A stretch of 64,000 nucleotides of DNA from a virus: positions 1 to 64,000 of IMG/VR virus record IMGVR_UViG_3300018031_000005. One strand, written 5' to 3'. The translations under genes and the position numbers were made by a program. Below are positions 51,101-61,920 of the stretch, one piece after another. The notes under the pieces are model-generated. The model was given only the letters and a program-made list of their open reading frames with translations. It had not been told where the DNA came from and did not search any database. Position 1 is the first letter of the stretch. Each line of letters begins with the position of its first letter.

Positions 51101-53887
51101 CTTGATGAAACATTAAAAACAAATAAAGAACAAAATAAAGGTGCCGGAGAAGATGAAGATGTTAGTATTAAACTTCGCTTAATAGAAAAAGAACGAGCAG
51201 TAATTGCTACCAAGATAGCCGACGAAAATAGCAAAATTGCGACTCTTCGAGGGGTTGAAGTTGATTTTGCTGCTAAATTGAATGATAAACTTGTAGCAAT
51301 AGAAGGGGTTTCAAAAGAAGAACTAGATAATATACAAAATATTGTGATAGAATTAGGAAAACAGGTAGGATTAGCAGGACTGGTTGCTATTCAAGTTCGA
51401 GCATCTACCAAAGAAATTAATTTACAAACCGAAGCAATTGCTAAACAAGCAGAAATTCAAACTGAAATAGCTCAACTTTCATTAAAAACTGGTGCTGTTA
51501 ATCAACAACAAATAAATCGTGAAATTATTTTAAGAAAAGAAGCTGAAAAAGAAATAGTAAAGGCTCAAAATGAACAGACTAAATTAGTTGAAAATCTTAG
51601 GGCTCTTGAAAGAGATGCAAATAAAGAAGGAAGAGCAGATCGTGTAAAGGCTATTCAAGAAGCTATAACTGATCTTGAGGAAGCTGGTAGAAAACAAATA
51701 GCAGCATTACGTCAAAAAATTGAACTTGAAGTAGGTGTTCAATTAGTAGCGGGCAATATCGAATTTATTAAAAGAGCAGAAGAATCATTATTGAATTTTA
51801 GATTAAATGCTATTGATCAGGCCATTCGACGTGAACAAAAAATTTCTGAAGAAAGAATAAATTTAATAGAACAATTTTCTAAAAGTATTGCGGGTCGTCG
51901 TATTTTGTTTGAACAGGGTTTTCGTCCTAGTCAACAAGCCGAAAAAACTTTTGGTACTGGCACAGCTCTTATTCTAGGAGAATTGGAAAAACAAACTGGA
52001 ATAGCTATAGAGGGTATGCTTGCTAAAATACAGCAATTAAAAGTTGGTGGTATTGCTTCATTTGAGGATCTTCGTAAGGCACAAGTAGAGCAAGCTCAAG
52101 CAGCACAAAGACTTAAAGAATTGACCGAAAAAGGTGTTTCAACTGCCAAGATAGATGAGGCACAAAGAAAATTAAGCGAGGCAACTGAAAAGGTTAATAA
52201 ATTAGGAGAACGTGCCAAAGATTCAATTGAAATTTTAACAGCTTCACAAGATGCAGCTTTTGATGCAATAGAAAAAATAGAAGAAGAAAGAAACAAAAAA
52301 CGTGAAATAATTTTAAGGGCTTTAGAAGACAAAACTCAAGCAGTTAATGAAGCAGAACAAAAATTAATAGCCGCCAGAAATGAAATACCTGCCTTAAATG
52401 CCAAAGTTATTGATGCCGAAAGAAATTTAGCTAGTGCAAATGCTAATGTTACAAATGCTACAAATAATTTATTTAAGGCATATCAAGAATTAGCAAATGC
52501 TCAGTTTAAGCTAAATGCCGAAATAGCAATAGCTGAGTTTAAAGCTCGTCAAGCAACTGGCGGTTTCCGTGGTGCCTCAGATCAGATAGGATTCTTGAGA
52601 GGTAAATTTGATGAATTAACTTCAACTATTAGAGCTTCTTCTAATACTATACTTGAAATTCGTCGCCAGATTATACAAGAAGAGATTAGTTTACTCCAAA
52701 ACCAATTTCAGACTGTTAGAAGTTTAGCTGTTGAAGCTGCTACTGGTGGCCCGGAAGTTGCCGCTCAAATTGCACAAAGAATTGGTGCTGCTCAAGCAAT
52801 TGCTCGTGGTGCTCCTGTTGCTCAGTTCCCGCCAGAATTAACACAGGGTATTGAATCATTATTTGGAGTAATTGATGGTCTTGAACAAGCTATTACTAGC
52901 CAAGGTTTGGCTGCTATTGGATTACCACTAAGTACATTACAGGAAATAGGAGGCAATATTACTGAATTAAGTAAAAGTGCAGCAGATACTGGTAAGAGTC
53001 AAGTAGATCAGGCAGTTGAACAAGTAAGATTGACTCAAGAAGCTTTAATTAAGGCTGAAGAACAAAAAGTTATTGCTCAACAAGAACTTGAAACTGCAAG
53101 GGGCATTAGAGATGCTTCTGTACGGAACGCTAATATTATAGCACAAAACGTTGCTGCGGTTAGAGCTGGATTTAATGCTTCGGTTAATGTAGCTATTAGA
53201 GAATTGGCTAAATTAGAGAGTTTGACTGCGATAAATGCTCAGGCTAATGAGTTATTAGCACAAATACAAAAAATACAAAACGAAAGTTTAAATGAAATTA
53301 TATTAACTCGTCAGGCAGCGGAAAAACAAGTAACAGCTTTAGCTGTATTGGCCAGTAGAATAGCCGCATTAGCAAGAAATAATCCAACAGTTGTGCCCAC
53401 TACTGCTAGTGGTAGTTTAACAAGATCCGAATTTGCTGGATTACTTATGGCTGCAAGAAAAGAAAAAAGTATGATGCCTGCTGGCTCACGTTTAATGATG
53501 GCAAATACATCAGAAGTAGTATTAAATAGGAAACAAGCAAAGCAAATTGGATTAACTCCAAGACCGTTGCCTTTTGCTCAAGGTGGTAATGCCGATGCAA
53601 CAGCTTTAACCGCTGCCACAAATGCATTATCAACGGTAGCAAATACGTTGCTTAATAAGCTTAATAGCCCAGGATTCGTGCAGCAAAATATTCAAGTTCA
53701 ACTAGATCAACAACGAAGATTAGACGTAACTGGATTAGAAGGTATTGATCAAGCAGTAAGAACAGCTTTTGAAGAAAGAATGGCTACTTCGGCAACTAAA
53801 GAAGAACAACAAGCTATGTCAGAAATTATACAATCGATTATTTCTAGATTAAACGAACAAGGTATTGTGAATACACAAGGTTTTTAA
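48125..53887 (+). CDS. tape measure protein (1920 aa), GTG start
   Basis: Very long Ala/Gln/Glu-rich helical protein with hydrophobic segments. It follows the chaperone-like genes. AGGAG lies upstream of the GTG. Confidence 0.75.
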   Translation: MARDIIITAGIKFDPKDIDTKAIRDAVVKSIANTTVNIGKITIGSTARTALQDAISKVAFRISKARFDSTGVSSLKDSFDRIGFVINKVRFSGFAINSLKNQFGNTEFVLAKIRLGATATRQVSAQIQAGAGAGAGAGGAAGATVAARASQTATERFRAQNLALLEVLNSTSKGERATRNYAQALLQGAGSAETFGAKIGQITTRFSAYLVSLSAVFAVQRAFANSLKFIFEFDSALQDVQKILRTTPDELQNLSRSLFGIANATAKSVGNATASFNEFIRAGIDTEESLKRTEAALIAVNVTGLSVEESTKLITSALTIFKDELTDGVKVIDLLTIADEKAAASSAEISRALLRAGGAGEAVGVTFKQLNAIIAATIEATQLSGSTIGAALKTIFANIAGTSDRLREQANAFGANIKAGDDVFTILQKLSVIFPKLNKEQVAVINQTIAGKRRFTELSGLLGNFGKVNEILVAQNTATGVSLQRNQVELNKLSAQAQLTANTFAQLVAEITGVGRGVEGVGSIRDGLASILGLVRSVGEGFLFVVGQIKELDSGLFSADSIIKALAKAAFFTIAPKVILGILKGLKDFFTFTTAVKADLNQIVKIQQQYNQVVSNTTIPLEKASLSIQQQRLKTLLEMKQIAGQIGTEKIAAGLGAIKIPPISQQGLLSGLLSKIGGNFGAQLLTVMGIQVIGDATAKLAKELEENGQQAGSILAKSISTFASLFTSLTFVIGPFGAAIVAVTKATFDYVKGLFDQNTAIEKARKSLDSLIAANATLEDAERLFGELGVQAFKEIAQSGADASKQIVSLAALINKISEIQKSSAVTLSTRFDRASFALDEMIGSVANLDAQLKFSAELAKAQQEIAAKGTELAFNIELGPAPREISDLRKSLVEMNVQLDRFKSTGDEAIESFSKLDRVLEANRERLDGSNKKSFDILTNKDNSLITARVEELLRSYTQELSILEKIKEENDAIISPIERVISGLNERLKILDETLKTNKEQNKGAGEDEDVSIKLRLIEKERAVIATKIADENSKIATLRGVEVDFAAKLNDKLVAIEGVSKEELDNIQNIVIELGKQVGLAGLVAIQVRASTKEINLQTEAIAKQAEIQTEIAQLSLKTGAVNQQQINREIILRKEAEKEIVKAQNEQTKLVENLRALERDANKEGRADRVKAIQEAITDLEEAGRKQIAALRQKIELEVGVQLVAGNIEFIKRAEESLLNFRLNAIDQAIRREQKISEERINLIEQFSKSIAGRRILFEQGFRPSQQAEKTFGTGTALILGELEKQTGIAIEGMLAKIQQLKVGGIASFEDLRKAQVEQAQAAQRLKELTEKGVSTAKIDEAQRKLSEATEKVNKLGERAKDSIEILTASQDAAFDAIEKIEEERNKKREIILRALEDKTQAVNEAEQKLIAARNEIPALNAKVIDAERNLASANANVTNATNNLFKAYQELANAQFKLNAEIAIAEFKARQATGGFRGASDQIGFLRGKFDELTSTIRASSNTILEIRRQIIQEEISLLQNQFQTVRSLAVEAATGGPEVAAQIAQRIGAAQAIARGAPVAQFPPELTQGIESLFGVIDGLEQAITSQGLAAIGLPLSTLQEIGGNITELSKSAADTGKSQVDQAVEQVRLTQEALIKAEEQKVIAQQELETARGIRDASVRNANIIAQNVAAVRAGFNASVNVAIRELAKLESLTAINAQANELLAQIQKIQNESLNEIILTRQAAEKQVTALAVLASRIAALARNNPTVVPTTASGSLTRSEFAGLLMAARKEKSMMPAGSRLMMANTSEVVLNRKQAKQIGLTPRPLPFAQGGNADATALTAATNALSTVANTLLNKLNSPGFVQQNIQVQLDQQRRLDVTGLEGIDQAVRTAFEERMATSATKEEQQAMSEIIQSIISRLNEQGIVNTQGF

Positions 53888-53906
53888 TATAAGTTAGGAA
53901 TAAATT

Positions 53907-55271
53907 ATGCCACATCCAGTTGGAAGTACTAGAATGTTCTACGGGAACTATTCGTTCATGCCGGTACCAATATTTTCTTGGTCTACCGAATTAGTTCGTG
54001 ATTCTAAACAAGATGCATTATTTTTACGCAATACATTAGATTTTACTGGTATCTTATTAGAAAGCCTGCCTACTGAAAGTGGTAATTTGCGCAATATGAA
54101 TCGTGATCGCAGATTACTCAAAGATGCATTAACTGCTTCTGGTACTAAAGAATGGAAAGTAAAATATGAGAATAATACTATTATTAGTGGTATATTTCCA
54201 TTTGTTTCTGATTTAAATTTTGTTGAAGGAGTTTGGGTTGATCGCATAGATTATACATTTAGCTTTACTTTTGATGAACAACTTGCTAGTGGTAATCCTA
54301 TTCAATCATTTAATGAAACTTGGGATTTTGAAGAAAATGAAGATCGTAGAAGTGTAACCGCCAATCATAGTCTTTCGGCCTTGGGCATTAACACTAATCC
54401 ATCGGGAGTAAACAATTCTTTATCTAATGCCAGAACATTTATCTTAGGAAGAACTGGATATTCTAATGTGCCACCAGGACATCCGGCTTTTGTTGAAGGC
54501 TCAGGTGTTTTATCTGCCTTTGAAGAACGTCGCTCAGAAAGCGTAGATGTTGCTGCCGGGTCTTTTTCAGTTAATGAATCTTTTACATTATCATCTGGTA
54601 ATTTTATTCATTCTAGAACAGCTCAATTAAGCATAGATGCCGATGGAATATCTACAGTAACAATCGATGGAGAAGTTAGAGGATTAGGAAGAGGGGATAA
54701 ATCTTATACAAGAGCGCTGAGTAGATGGAATGGTAATATAAGACCTGATTTACCGGCTGATGCCTCTGGATTTTATAATGAATTAGGAGGATCGGCAACA
54801 TTATTTACAAGTAATAGTGAATCGTTTAGTGTTACTAGAAATCAATTTGCTGGCACAATTGTTTATTCGGTTTCATTTACTGATGATCCTACGCAGAACT
54901 TACCATCTGGCGTACAAGATTTTACTATTACCATACAAGATGAAAAGCCTGTTCGCTTATTTGCTTCATTTCCAATTATGGAACGCACATTGGGTAATGT
55001 TGTTCAAGATATTGCTACTAGTACAGAAGGAAGATTCATCATAAATGGTAGCGCTATTGGTAAGCAGGGTTTTCCATTTAATGATTTATTGGCTTTCGTT
55101 GAAGATGAGATTAATAATTTGAGACCAATTCTTGCTAGTTATGTTACACTAAGATTGGATCAAAAGAGTGTTACTAAAGATGAAAGAAAAAATACTGTTA
55201 ATTTTACATTAACTTGGCTATATACCGTGGACTTAAGTTCTGCGGCAATCGACGGCCCAGTTACATTATAA
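53907..55271 (+). CDS. distal tail or baseplate protein (putative)
   Basis: 454 aa directly after the tape measure. Function inferred from position only. Confidence 0.45.
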   Translation: MPHPVGSTRMFYGNYSFMPVPIFSWSTELVRDSKQDALFLRNTLDFTGILLESLPTESGNLRNMNRDRRLLKDALTASGTKEWKVKYENNTIISGIFPFVSDLNFVEGVWVDRIDYTFSFTFDEQLASGNPIQSFNETWDFEENEDRRSVTANHSLSALGINTNPSGVNNSLSNARTFILGRTGYSNVPPGHPAFVEGSGVLSAFEERRSESVDVAAGSFSVNESFTLSSGNFIHSRTAQLSIDADGISTVTIDGEVRGLGRGDKSYTRALSRWNGNIRPDLPADASGFYNELGGSATLFTSNSESFSVTRNQFAGTIVYSVSFTDDPTQNLPSGVQDFTITIQDEKPVRLFASFPIMERTLGNVVQDIATSTEGRFIINGSAIGKQGFPFNDLLAFVEDEINNLRPILASYVTLRLDQKSVTKDERKNTVNFTLTWLYTVDLSSAAIDGPVTL

Positions 55272-55282
55272 GGAATATTAAG

Positions 55283-55873
55283 ATGATTATTGATAAATGT
55301 AAAAATTGTAATAAAGAATTTAGTCACAAAAATGGTGGATATTTTAAATTCTGTTCTATAGATTGCAGAAATTTTTATCAAGAAAAAAGAAATAGAATTA
55401 ATAATTGCTTAGTATGTAATAAATCTATAAAATCTAATAATATATCTAAAAGAAGAAAAGGATATAAATTTTGTAATAAAACGTGTAGAACTAATTATTA
55501 TAACGGTACTCCTATAGAATATATATGCACAAAATGTGATAACAAATTTCTTTCAAGAAATAAAAAAAGAAAATATTGTTCTTATAAATGTAAAGATAGC
55601 ATAGTAAAGAAAAATTATAATAAACAAGCTAGAGAAAAAATAATTAATTTATATGGTGGCAAGTGTCAATGTTGTAACGAAAATAAGTATCGGTTTTTAA
55701 CAATAGATCATATAAATGGTGGAGGATGTCAACATCGTAAAGTTGCGAATCAAGCTGCCATATATAGAGATGTTTTAAATAATATGCAAAATTATAGAAT
55801 ACTTTGTATGAATTGTAATTGGGCTATTGGTAAGTATAATATTTGTCCTCATAAAGAAAGTGTTAAGGTGTAA
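55283..55873 (+). CDS. HNH endonuclease with N-terminal Cys-rich repeats
   Basis: ORF 55214..55873 trimmed to ATG 55283. GGKCQCCNENKYRFLTIDHINGGG ... ILCMNCNWAIG. Confidence 0.7.
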   Translation: MIIDKCKNCNKEFSHKNGGYFKFCSIDCRNFYQEKRNRINNCLVCNKSIKSNNISKRRKGYKFCNKTCRTNYYNGTPIEYICTKCDNKFLSRNKKRKYCSYKCKDSIVKKNYNKQAREKIINLYGGKCQCCNENKYRFLTIDHINGGGCQHRKVANQAAIYRDVLNNMQNYRILCMNCNWAIGKYNICPHKESVKV

Positions 55874-55875
55874 TT

Positions 55876-56463
55876 TTGTCAATTCCTCCAGTCATCAAGT
55901 TCCATGAATTTGCTCCTAGTGGAATCAATCCGAGCGGTTTCCGAACGCTCACAACACATCCATCATTTGTAAAAGTTTTGGGTACTGCCCCTGGTCAATT
56001 TATGGATTTTGGTAGTAAAAATTTGAAGAATGGCAAACAGCATTCTAAAACTACTGCTGTTGTAGCTTTTGCTACCGCTTTTAATGATGCTACTGAAGCC
56101 ATATTTAATATGAGATTTTGGATTGCTGATTTCTCTTCGTTTGATCAAGGAACATTCTTTTTTAATGGACTTCCTTCTGGACGCTGGATACAGAATATAG
56201 CCCTAAATGATGCATCTGGTAAATTTGTACCTACTACGCTGCCTAGTGGTCAAAACTGGTGGAGAGATGCTGGTGGACCATTTGATCGTGATGATGTTGC
56301 TTTCCAAGAAATTACTGGAAGTGGTGTAGATGCAAGCGGTGTTAATAGTCAAATAACATTCCCATTTTATTTAGCCGTTACTGTTGATACTGATGTTCCT
56401 CCCAAAGTATATGGCGGGAATGGAGGGGGATTTATTTTTAGAATGACATTTGATTATCGCTAA
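55876..56463 (+). CDS. tail/receptor-binding-region protein, paralog family A (member 1), TTG start
   Basis: N-terminus (M)SIPP parallels MSIPL of 61208. Shared motifs PSGFRTLTTHPSFVKVLG and NMRFW. Confidence 0.55.
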   Translation: MSIPPVIKFHEFAPSGINPSGFRTLTTHPSFVKVLGTAPGQFMDFGSKNLKNGKQHSKTTAVVAFATAFNDATEAIFNMRFWIADFSSFDQGTFFFNGLPSGRWIQNIALNDASGKFVPTTLPSGQNWWRDAGGPFDRDDVAFQEITGSGVDASGVNSQITFPFYLAVTVDTDVPPKVYGGNGGGFIFRMTFDYR

Positions 56464-56519
56464 TGCCTTTGATTTCAGGTCGTATTATACATGAATCAGT
56501 AAATTTATAGGAGATATTT

Positions 56520-57110
56520 ATGAATAACTGTAAAGTGTGTAATGGTATTAATAATCGTACACAATCAAAATATTGTTCTGTAAAATGTTCTAATAAAGCA
56601 TTTTATGATAAAAATCAAAATTACATGATAAATAGATCAACAAAGTGGAATAAAGAAAATAAAGTAAGAAGAAATAAAAGAGATAATAAGACATGTTGTG
56701 CTACTTATCGTCTTATCGTTGATAGATGTAATAATCCAAATAATAAAAGTTATTCTATTTATGGCGGTAAAGGTGTAAAGTGTTTATTATTAAAAGAAGA
56801 ATTTTTAAGTATTTATAAAAATAATAATTTATGTGCCTCATGTGGATGTATTTTAAATGATGTAAATAGAAATGCATCTAATGGTAAAACTATAGATAGA
56901 ATAGATAAAAATAGAAATTATGAATTAGGGAATATTCAGATTTCTTGTCGCTCTTGTAATAATAAAAAAGATCATATTAAACTATTAAGCGAACAAATAG
57001 AAGAAATAAAGAAAGTTTATATAAAACAAAGTAAAGAATTTGGCACAATTGCTCTTGCTAAGAGATATAAGGTTTCATCAACAACTATTTGGGAAATCAT
57101 AAATAGATAA
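56520..57110 (+). CDS. HNH-type homing endonuclease-like protein
   Basis: CKVCNG...KYCSVKCSNKAFY, NGKTIDRIDKNRNYELGNIQISCRSCNNKK, and a C-terminal HTH-like tail. Confidence 0.6.
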   Translation: MNNCKVCNGINNRTQSKYCSVKCSNKAFYDKNQNYMINRSTKWNKENKVRRNKRDNKTCCATYRLIVDRCNNPNNKSYSIYGGKGVKCLLLKEEFLSIYKNNNLCASCGCILNDVNRNASNGKTIDRIDKNRNYELGNIQISCRSCNNKKDHIKLLSEQIEEIKKVYIKQSKEFGTIALAKRYKVSSTTIWEIINR

Positions 57111-57119
57111 GGAAAAGGT

Positions 57120-59402
57120 ATGGCAAGATTTTTTGCATTTCAAGGTAATGGCTATTTAAACAGAACAATAGCCGATAATTCTCCAGGTGCTTGGAAAAAG
57201 TGGCCATTTGCTGTTATAATGGGGCCAAGTGGTCAACTTGTCCAATTAAACCCACCTTCTGGAGTTGCTGGTAAAATTCCTACTCCTTCTACAGTTAGAC
57301 AATGGCATTCACATGAAGCCTCTTTAAATCATTCTTGTGTTGCTTGGAAACGTAGACGCCTTATATTTATGTTTAGCGAAGAATTGGGTACTGGAGGATC
57401 TATGAGAGCTTTTGTATGGAATCCAGAACCACAAGAAGCTAAAAAAGTTAACCCGGCTGGAGCCGTGTTTGTAGATAGTAATACTAATGTGGCAAATCGT
57501 GTAATTGCCGATGGAACTCATTGGGAACTTTGGAATACATTTAAAGAAGTTATAGATTTCCTTGTTATGTATCCAATTTATGATGGCGTTCTTTGGGTTA
57601 AAAGAAATGAAGAAATATCATCTCATTTTGGTGTTTATAAAGGAAATATACCATATAAATTAAGTACTAGTGGTTATTTTTGGGGCTCTACTGGTGAATA
57701 TGGTAATGTAGGAGATTCGGGTGATGAGGGATGGTCAAGATTGCCAGGAGCTAATGGCGCTGGTGGTCTCACTCATGTACAAGATGGAATAAATTTTAGA
57801 ACTCCCGGATTATATCCTAGTAATTATAGTCATAATATGTGTGAGATGATTAGACATAATGATACATTTTATATTATTGGTCAAGGATACGTTCAAGCTA
57901 TGACAATAGGATGTAAGGGTAATTTTATTCATCATGATTACGGAGAAGATGATTTGGTGGCCGTGGGCTCTGTTGCTGGTTATACACAAAGAAATAGTTC
58001 AGATGTTTTGGGTGCTACTATGCGAAGTGCTACGGTTCATAAAGACAAAGTTTGGATGTTAACAAATGCGGGCAAAGTTTTTGAAATTCGTCCTGGTGGA
58101 TTACTTGAAAGGGCAGATTTAACTATCATTGGTACTCCGTGGGCTTCCGGTATTCATGGCGGACAATTAAATAGACAGGGAGCCTCAACTTGGCCAGGTG
58201 CATCAAACTTTAGACCATTACTTAGAAGTTTTAATAATCAATTACACGCTTTCTTAAATTTCCGTACAAGTTTTAGAATTGCTGCTGATAAGGGTTCTAA
58301 TAGTACAGAAGATGAAGGACACGGGATAGCTTGGTTTACTTCTTTTGATGGAATAAACTGGCAAGATCGAAGTGATAGATTACCTGCTAGTGGAATTCAA
58401 ACACCGAGCGGCAACACAGTATTTCTTAATACATGGCTTGCCGAAATATCTCCATACAGACATTCGGCTTATATGGACACTAATTATCCTTCTGGATATG
58501 GACCAAAAGCACCTAAAATTAATCATCTTGGTGAAAGTGCTCCTATGTTTCAGGGTTCAGAAGGCCAGCCATCTGGATTGAAACAATCTAGTTTCTTGCC
58601 ATTTTGGTCATCTGGTAATTTACTAGATGTGCCAGGCACTCCATTTGGTTCTTTAAAAACGCCTTTAGAATATGCAGTATTAAGCGGTTATTTATTTCCA
58701 ACATTAGTAGCTTATCCATCTGGTTATGCTTTTGTTCATTATTCTGGATTTGGGGAATTTGGATATTTACCAGAAGGATCTAGTGGCGTATGGGAACCAA
58801 TCCCCGGAGGAGCTTCTGGCTATGATTATACTGGTTGTCAAAATTATCATATTGGTGGTTGGGTAGATGAAGACGATGATAGAAATCCTGTTTTAAGACT
58901 TTATTTTAGTAGAAATTTTGATGGTAGTACATCGACAAGCACAAATAAACAAGTGCCTACATTATTTTTCGATTTAACAAGAACTTCTGGTTTTATTCAA
59001 AGAAATGAAGCATGGGTTGCCGGTCAACTTAATGGAATGACCCCTATTGAATTATATGATTATGAAGTTATAATGCCATCTGGCGATATATATAATTCTA
59101 ATCCGAGAATTGATACAGTAAATAAAAGAGTAAGAGTTGATTTTACTCTTATGGATTGGTTTTTCTGGGAAGCAGCGAAAGTTCGTATGGATTATTCATT
59201 AGATGGTGGGCAAACTTGGGCTAAAGCTACAACAAGTGGTAACTTAACAGGATTAAGCACCGGAACTGCATTAACAGATCCTTCAGGTCAGGGTATATCT
59301 GCGGCTCAAAAACATACGTTACATTGGTTATACGATAGGGATATTTCTAAAAATTCTTTTTTCCCTCGTGTTCAGTTGAGAATGAGAGCGGAGATAAATT
59401 AA
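57120..59402 (+). CDS. tail fibre / receptor-binding candidate, paralog family B (member 1), with Asp-box motif
   Basis: FNNQLHAF and a C-terminal YSLDGGQTW (S.D.G.TW Asp-box), both shared with 59402..61192. Confidence 0.55.
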   Translation: MARFFAFQGNGYLNRTIADNSPGAWKKWPFAVIMGPSGQLVQLNPPSGVAGKIPTPSTVRQWHSHEASLNHSCVAWKRRRLIFMFSEELGTGGSMRAFVWNPEPQEAKKVNPAGAVFVDSNTNVANRVIADGTHWELWNTFKEVIDFLVMYPIYDGVLWVKRNEEISSHFGVYKGNIPYKLSTSGYFWGSTGEYGNVGDSGDEGWSRLPGANGAGGLTHVQDGINFRTPGLYPSNYSHNMCEMIRHNDTFYIIGQGYVQAMTIGCKGNFIHHDYGEDDLVAVGSVAGYTQRNSSDVLGATMRSATVHKDKVWMLTNAGKVFEIRPGGLLERADLTIIGTPWASGIHGGQLNRQGASTWPGASNFRPLLRSFNNQLHAFLNFRTSFRIAADKGSNSTEDEGHGIAWFTSFDGINWQDRSDRLPASGIQTPSGNTVFLNTWLAEISPYRHSAYMDTNYPSGYGPKAPKINHLGESAPMFQGSEGQPSGLKQSSFLPFWSSGNLLDVPGTPFGSLKTPLEYAVLSGYLFPTLVAYPSGYAFVHYSGFGEFGYLPEGSSGVWEPIPGGASGYDYTGCQNYHIGGWVDEDDDRNPVLRLYFSRNFDGSTSTSTNKQVPTLFFDLTRTSGFIQRNEAWVAGQLNGMTPIELYDYEVIMPSGDIYNSNPRIDTVNKRVRVDFTLMDWFFWEAAKVRMDYSLDGGQTWAKATTSGNLTGLSTGTALTDPSGQGISAAQKHTLHWLYDRDISKNSFFPRVQLRMRAEIN

Positions 59403-61192
59403 TGATTAAGGCAGTTTCAGTGGGCTGGGGTAGTAGGCTCCACTTAATAGATGGAGCAAGAATTCAAAATGTTAGTTTAACATTCGTGAAAGATGTTACT
59501 ACTGACGATCCTAATAGTCCTTGGAATGCCGGCATTAGCGTTGGTGTTGGTGTTCCAGAGACTTGGATAGGTGCTATATATGGTGGCAAATGTTCTTTGC
59601 CTCCGGGTGGCTATTCAAATCAAAAACCAGGTGCTTGGTATTTTGGCAAATTTTATTGGAGCCAAATGGAAGTTGAAGAACGTGGAGAATTTTTTATTCT
59701 TTCTTGGGATGGCTCAGGTATATTTAAGCATGGCGGATTTACTGGTGACACTGGATATGGTGCAAATTGGAGAAATGGAAGGGGAGTAGAATTAATTTCT
59801 CCTAGTGGAGATACTGGTGAGATTACTATGCAAGCATGTTCTCATATAATCCATAATGGTATTTTATTTATTTTGGGAGCTGCTCCACTTTTTAATACAG
59901 GTGGTTCTGATTGGAGAGAAAAAGAAGATTGGGATGTTACTCCAATTAATATTGGCGGGGATAATTCTGTCCGCAGACGCCGCCGCCGTTATTGCGTTTT
60001 TGGTATAGATAAAAGAGAAAAAAGTGGTAAAGATCACAATTTTATCACTACACCAGTAACCATGTCTGGCGGATTGGCTAGTACTCAAGAAGACACGCAC
60101 GCATGCGACGCAATTAGTTGGTGTAATGATATAATATTCGCAAGTTATTGTGATTTAATTAGATTTCCAGGAGGTTCAGGTGTACCAGAACTTATTGAAT
60201 CCACTATTAATATACCAACATCAAAATGTTTTGCTATTTATCCATCCGGAGGATTTGATACTGATGGCGAACCTTTATTTAGACCTGGAACAGAATTGCC
60301 AGATTTGTTAGTTTTAACAGGTAGTGGAGTGATTAAACAAATAAATTTTCCAAGTGGCAATATGTTTAATCCATCTGGAACTACTACATTATTTAATTTG
60401 GGTACTTTAGTTACCGATTTCACTACAGAAGAAGTTAACGTTAGAATAGGTGATCCGCTTGAAAGAGTATCGGATGAAATTAATGAACCAACAAGATCAT
60501 GTTATTTAAAAACATTTAATAATCAATTACACGCATTTATTCCTAGTGCAACTTCAGGATATCATTATTTTAGATGTGATGGAGATCCAAGGGATAATAA
60601 TAATTGGCAAAATACTTCTTTATCTTTGCCGGATGATTTTAAAAGATTTGATGGTGATATCTATGGTATGCACGATACTTTTAGAGATGCTCTTTATTTA
60701 CTACATGTTTCTAAGTCTGAATATGGCTTGTGGGGATTTATTGGTGGTCAAAAAGGAGCTGGCGGTATGGTAATTACGGAACTTAGTAGAGATTTTAACT
60801 TTAGGGAAATATATCGTGGAATGTCTGCCGAACCTTCGATAGGTTTAATTCCGTATAATAATGTAGGACTTCACGCACAGATTCCTTCTGGTAGTAATCC
60901 AGAGGTTTTACCTAGCACAGATTATGCTCTAGTTAATTATAAGTTATTTTCAGCTTATTCTATTACGGCTAAAGTTCGTATTGAATTTTCTATAGACAAT
61001 GGATTAACTTGGCACACAACAAGAAGATTTAAATCATACGTCAATGGCTTACCGTTAGGTGATGGATTAACTGGTTTAGAAGCTTCTTTTTTTGGCGTGT
61101 CACACACATTTTATTGGGATCATTTGAGCGATCTTGGTTGTAATATACATAAACAGGCAAGAGTAAGGATTACTCCAGAAATTGAACGGTAA
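59402..61192 (+). CDS. tail fibre / receptor-binding candidate, paralog family B (member 2)
   Basis: FNNQLHAF, FSIDNGLTW. ATGA overlap with the upstream paralog. Confidence 0.55.
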   Translation: MIKAVSVGWGSRLHLIDGARIQNVSLTFVKDVTTDDPNSPWNAGISVGVGVPETWIGAIYGGKCSLPPGGYSNQKPGAWYFGKFYWSQMEVEERGEFFILSWDGSGIFKHGGFTGDTGYGANWRNGRGVELISPSGDTGEITMQACSHIIHNGILFILGAAPLFNTGGSDWREKEDWDVTPINIGGDNSVRRRRRRYCVFGIDKREKSGKDHNFITTPVTMSGGLASTQEDTHACDAISWCNDIIFASYCDLIRFPGGSGVPELIESTINIPTSKCFAIYPSGGFDTDGEPLFRPGTELPDLLVLTGSGVIKQINFPSGNMFNPSGTTTLFNLGTLVTDFTTEEVNVRIGDPLERVSDEINEPTRSCYLKTFNNQLHAFIPSATSGYHYFRCDGDPRDNNNWQNTSLSLPDDFKRFDGDIYGMHDTFRDALYLLHVSKSEYGLWGFIGGQKGAGGMVITELSRDFNFREIYRGMSAEPSIGLIPYNNVGLHAQIPSGSNPEVLPSTDYALVNYKLFSAYSITAKVRIEFSIDNGLTWHTTRRFKSYVNGLPLGDGLTGLEASFFGVSHTFYWDHLSDLGCNIHKQARVRITPEIER

Positions 61193-61207
61193 AGGAAAGG
61201 TAATAAT

Positions 61208-61918
61208 ATGTCTATTCCATTAAGATATAGCCAATGGCAAGTAACTCTTCCTTTTGCACTAAATGCAGATTATTATGCTCTAGGTGCCAAATCTCCTGAT
61301 TTTGCTCTTCCTCAAACGGAAGCTGTTCCAGTTTTGTCTGAATTTTCTCCATTGGGATCAGATCCTTCTGGCTGGAGACACTTAACGTTTCATCCTTCAT
61401 TTGTTAAGATATTAGCCTCTGGTACTGGTGGTGCTTCGCTAAACTTTCAATCATTTGATTTACAATCTACAAATATATCCAGTGGAAGCGGTGTGTCCAA
61501 AACTAAAAGTTTTTTATTTAGAATTGCTAAATTTACAAGTCCGGGAATAACTCGTGTTCATAAAATGAGAATTTGGGCTTCGGATCTTTCAGATTTTTTA
61601 ATACCTCAAGCAGTTAGAATATTATTTAGAACTAGTGGACCGTGGATGTCTGGATTTGCATTTGTTCCCGAAGATGTAGTCAATCAGAATTATTGGTTGC
61701 CAAATTCTTTGCCAGAGTTTCAGAATTTACGTAGAACCGATGGAGGTTTTACTATACATGGATCGGGAGATGCCGATGTTTCTGAGTGGGTATATATGGC
61801 CTTATTTGCATCGGGCACCTTACCACTTGGCGAATATGGCGATACATTTGATGGGCCTTCAGGATTTAATGTCAGAGTAACATATAATGTCGATAACATT
61901 TTTTCTTTACAGGATTAG
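61208..61918 (+). CDS. paralog family A (member 2)
   Basis: PSGWRHLTFHPSFVKILASG, KMRIW. Confidence 0.55.
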   Translation: MSIPLRYSQWQVTLPFALNADYYALGAKSPDFALPQTEAVPVLSEFSPLGSDPSGWRHLTFHPSFVKILASGTGGASLNFQSFDLQSTNISSGSGVSKTKSFLFRIAKFTSPGITRVHKMRIWASDLSDFLIPQAVRILFRTSGPWMSGFAFVPEDVVNQNYWLPNSLPEFQNLRRTDGGFTIHGSGDADVSEWVYMALFASGTLPLGEYGDTFDGPSGFNVRVTYNVDNIFSLQD

Positions 61919-61920
61919 CA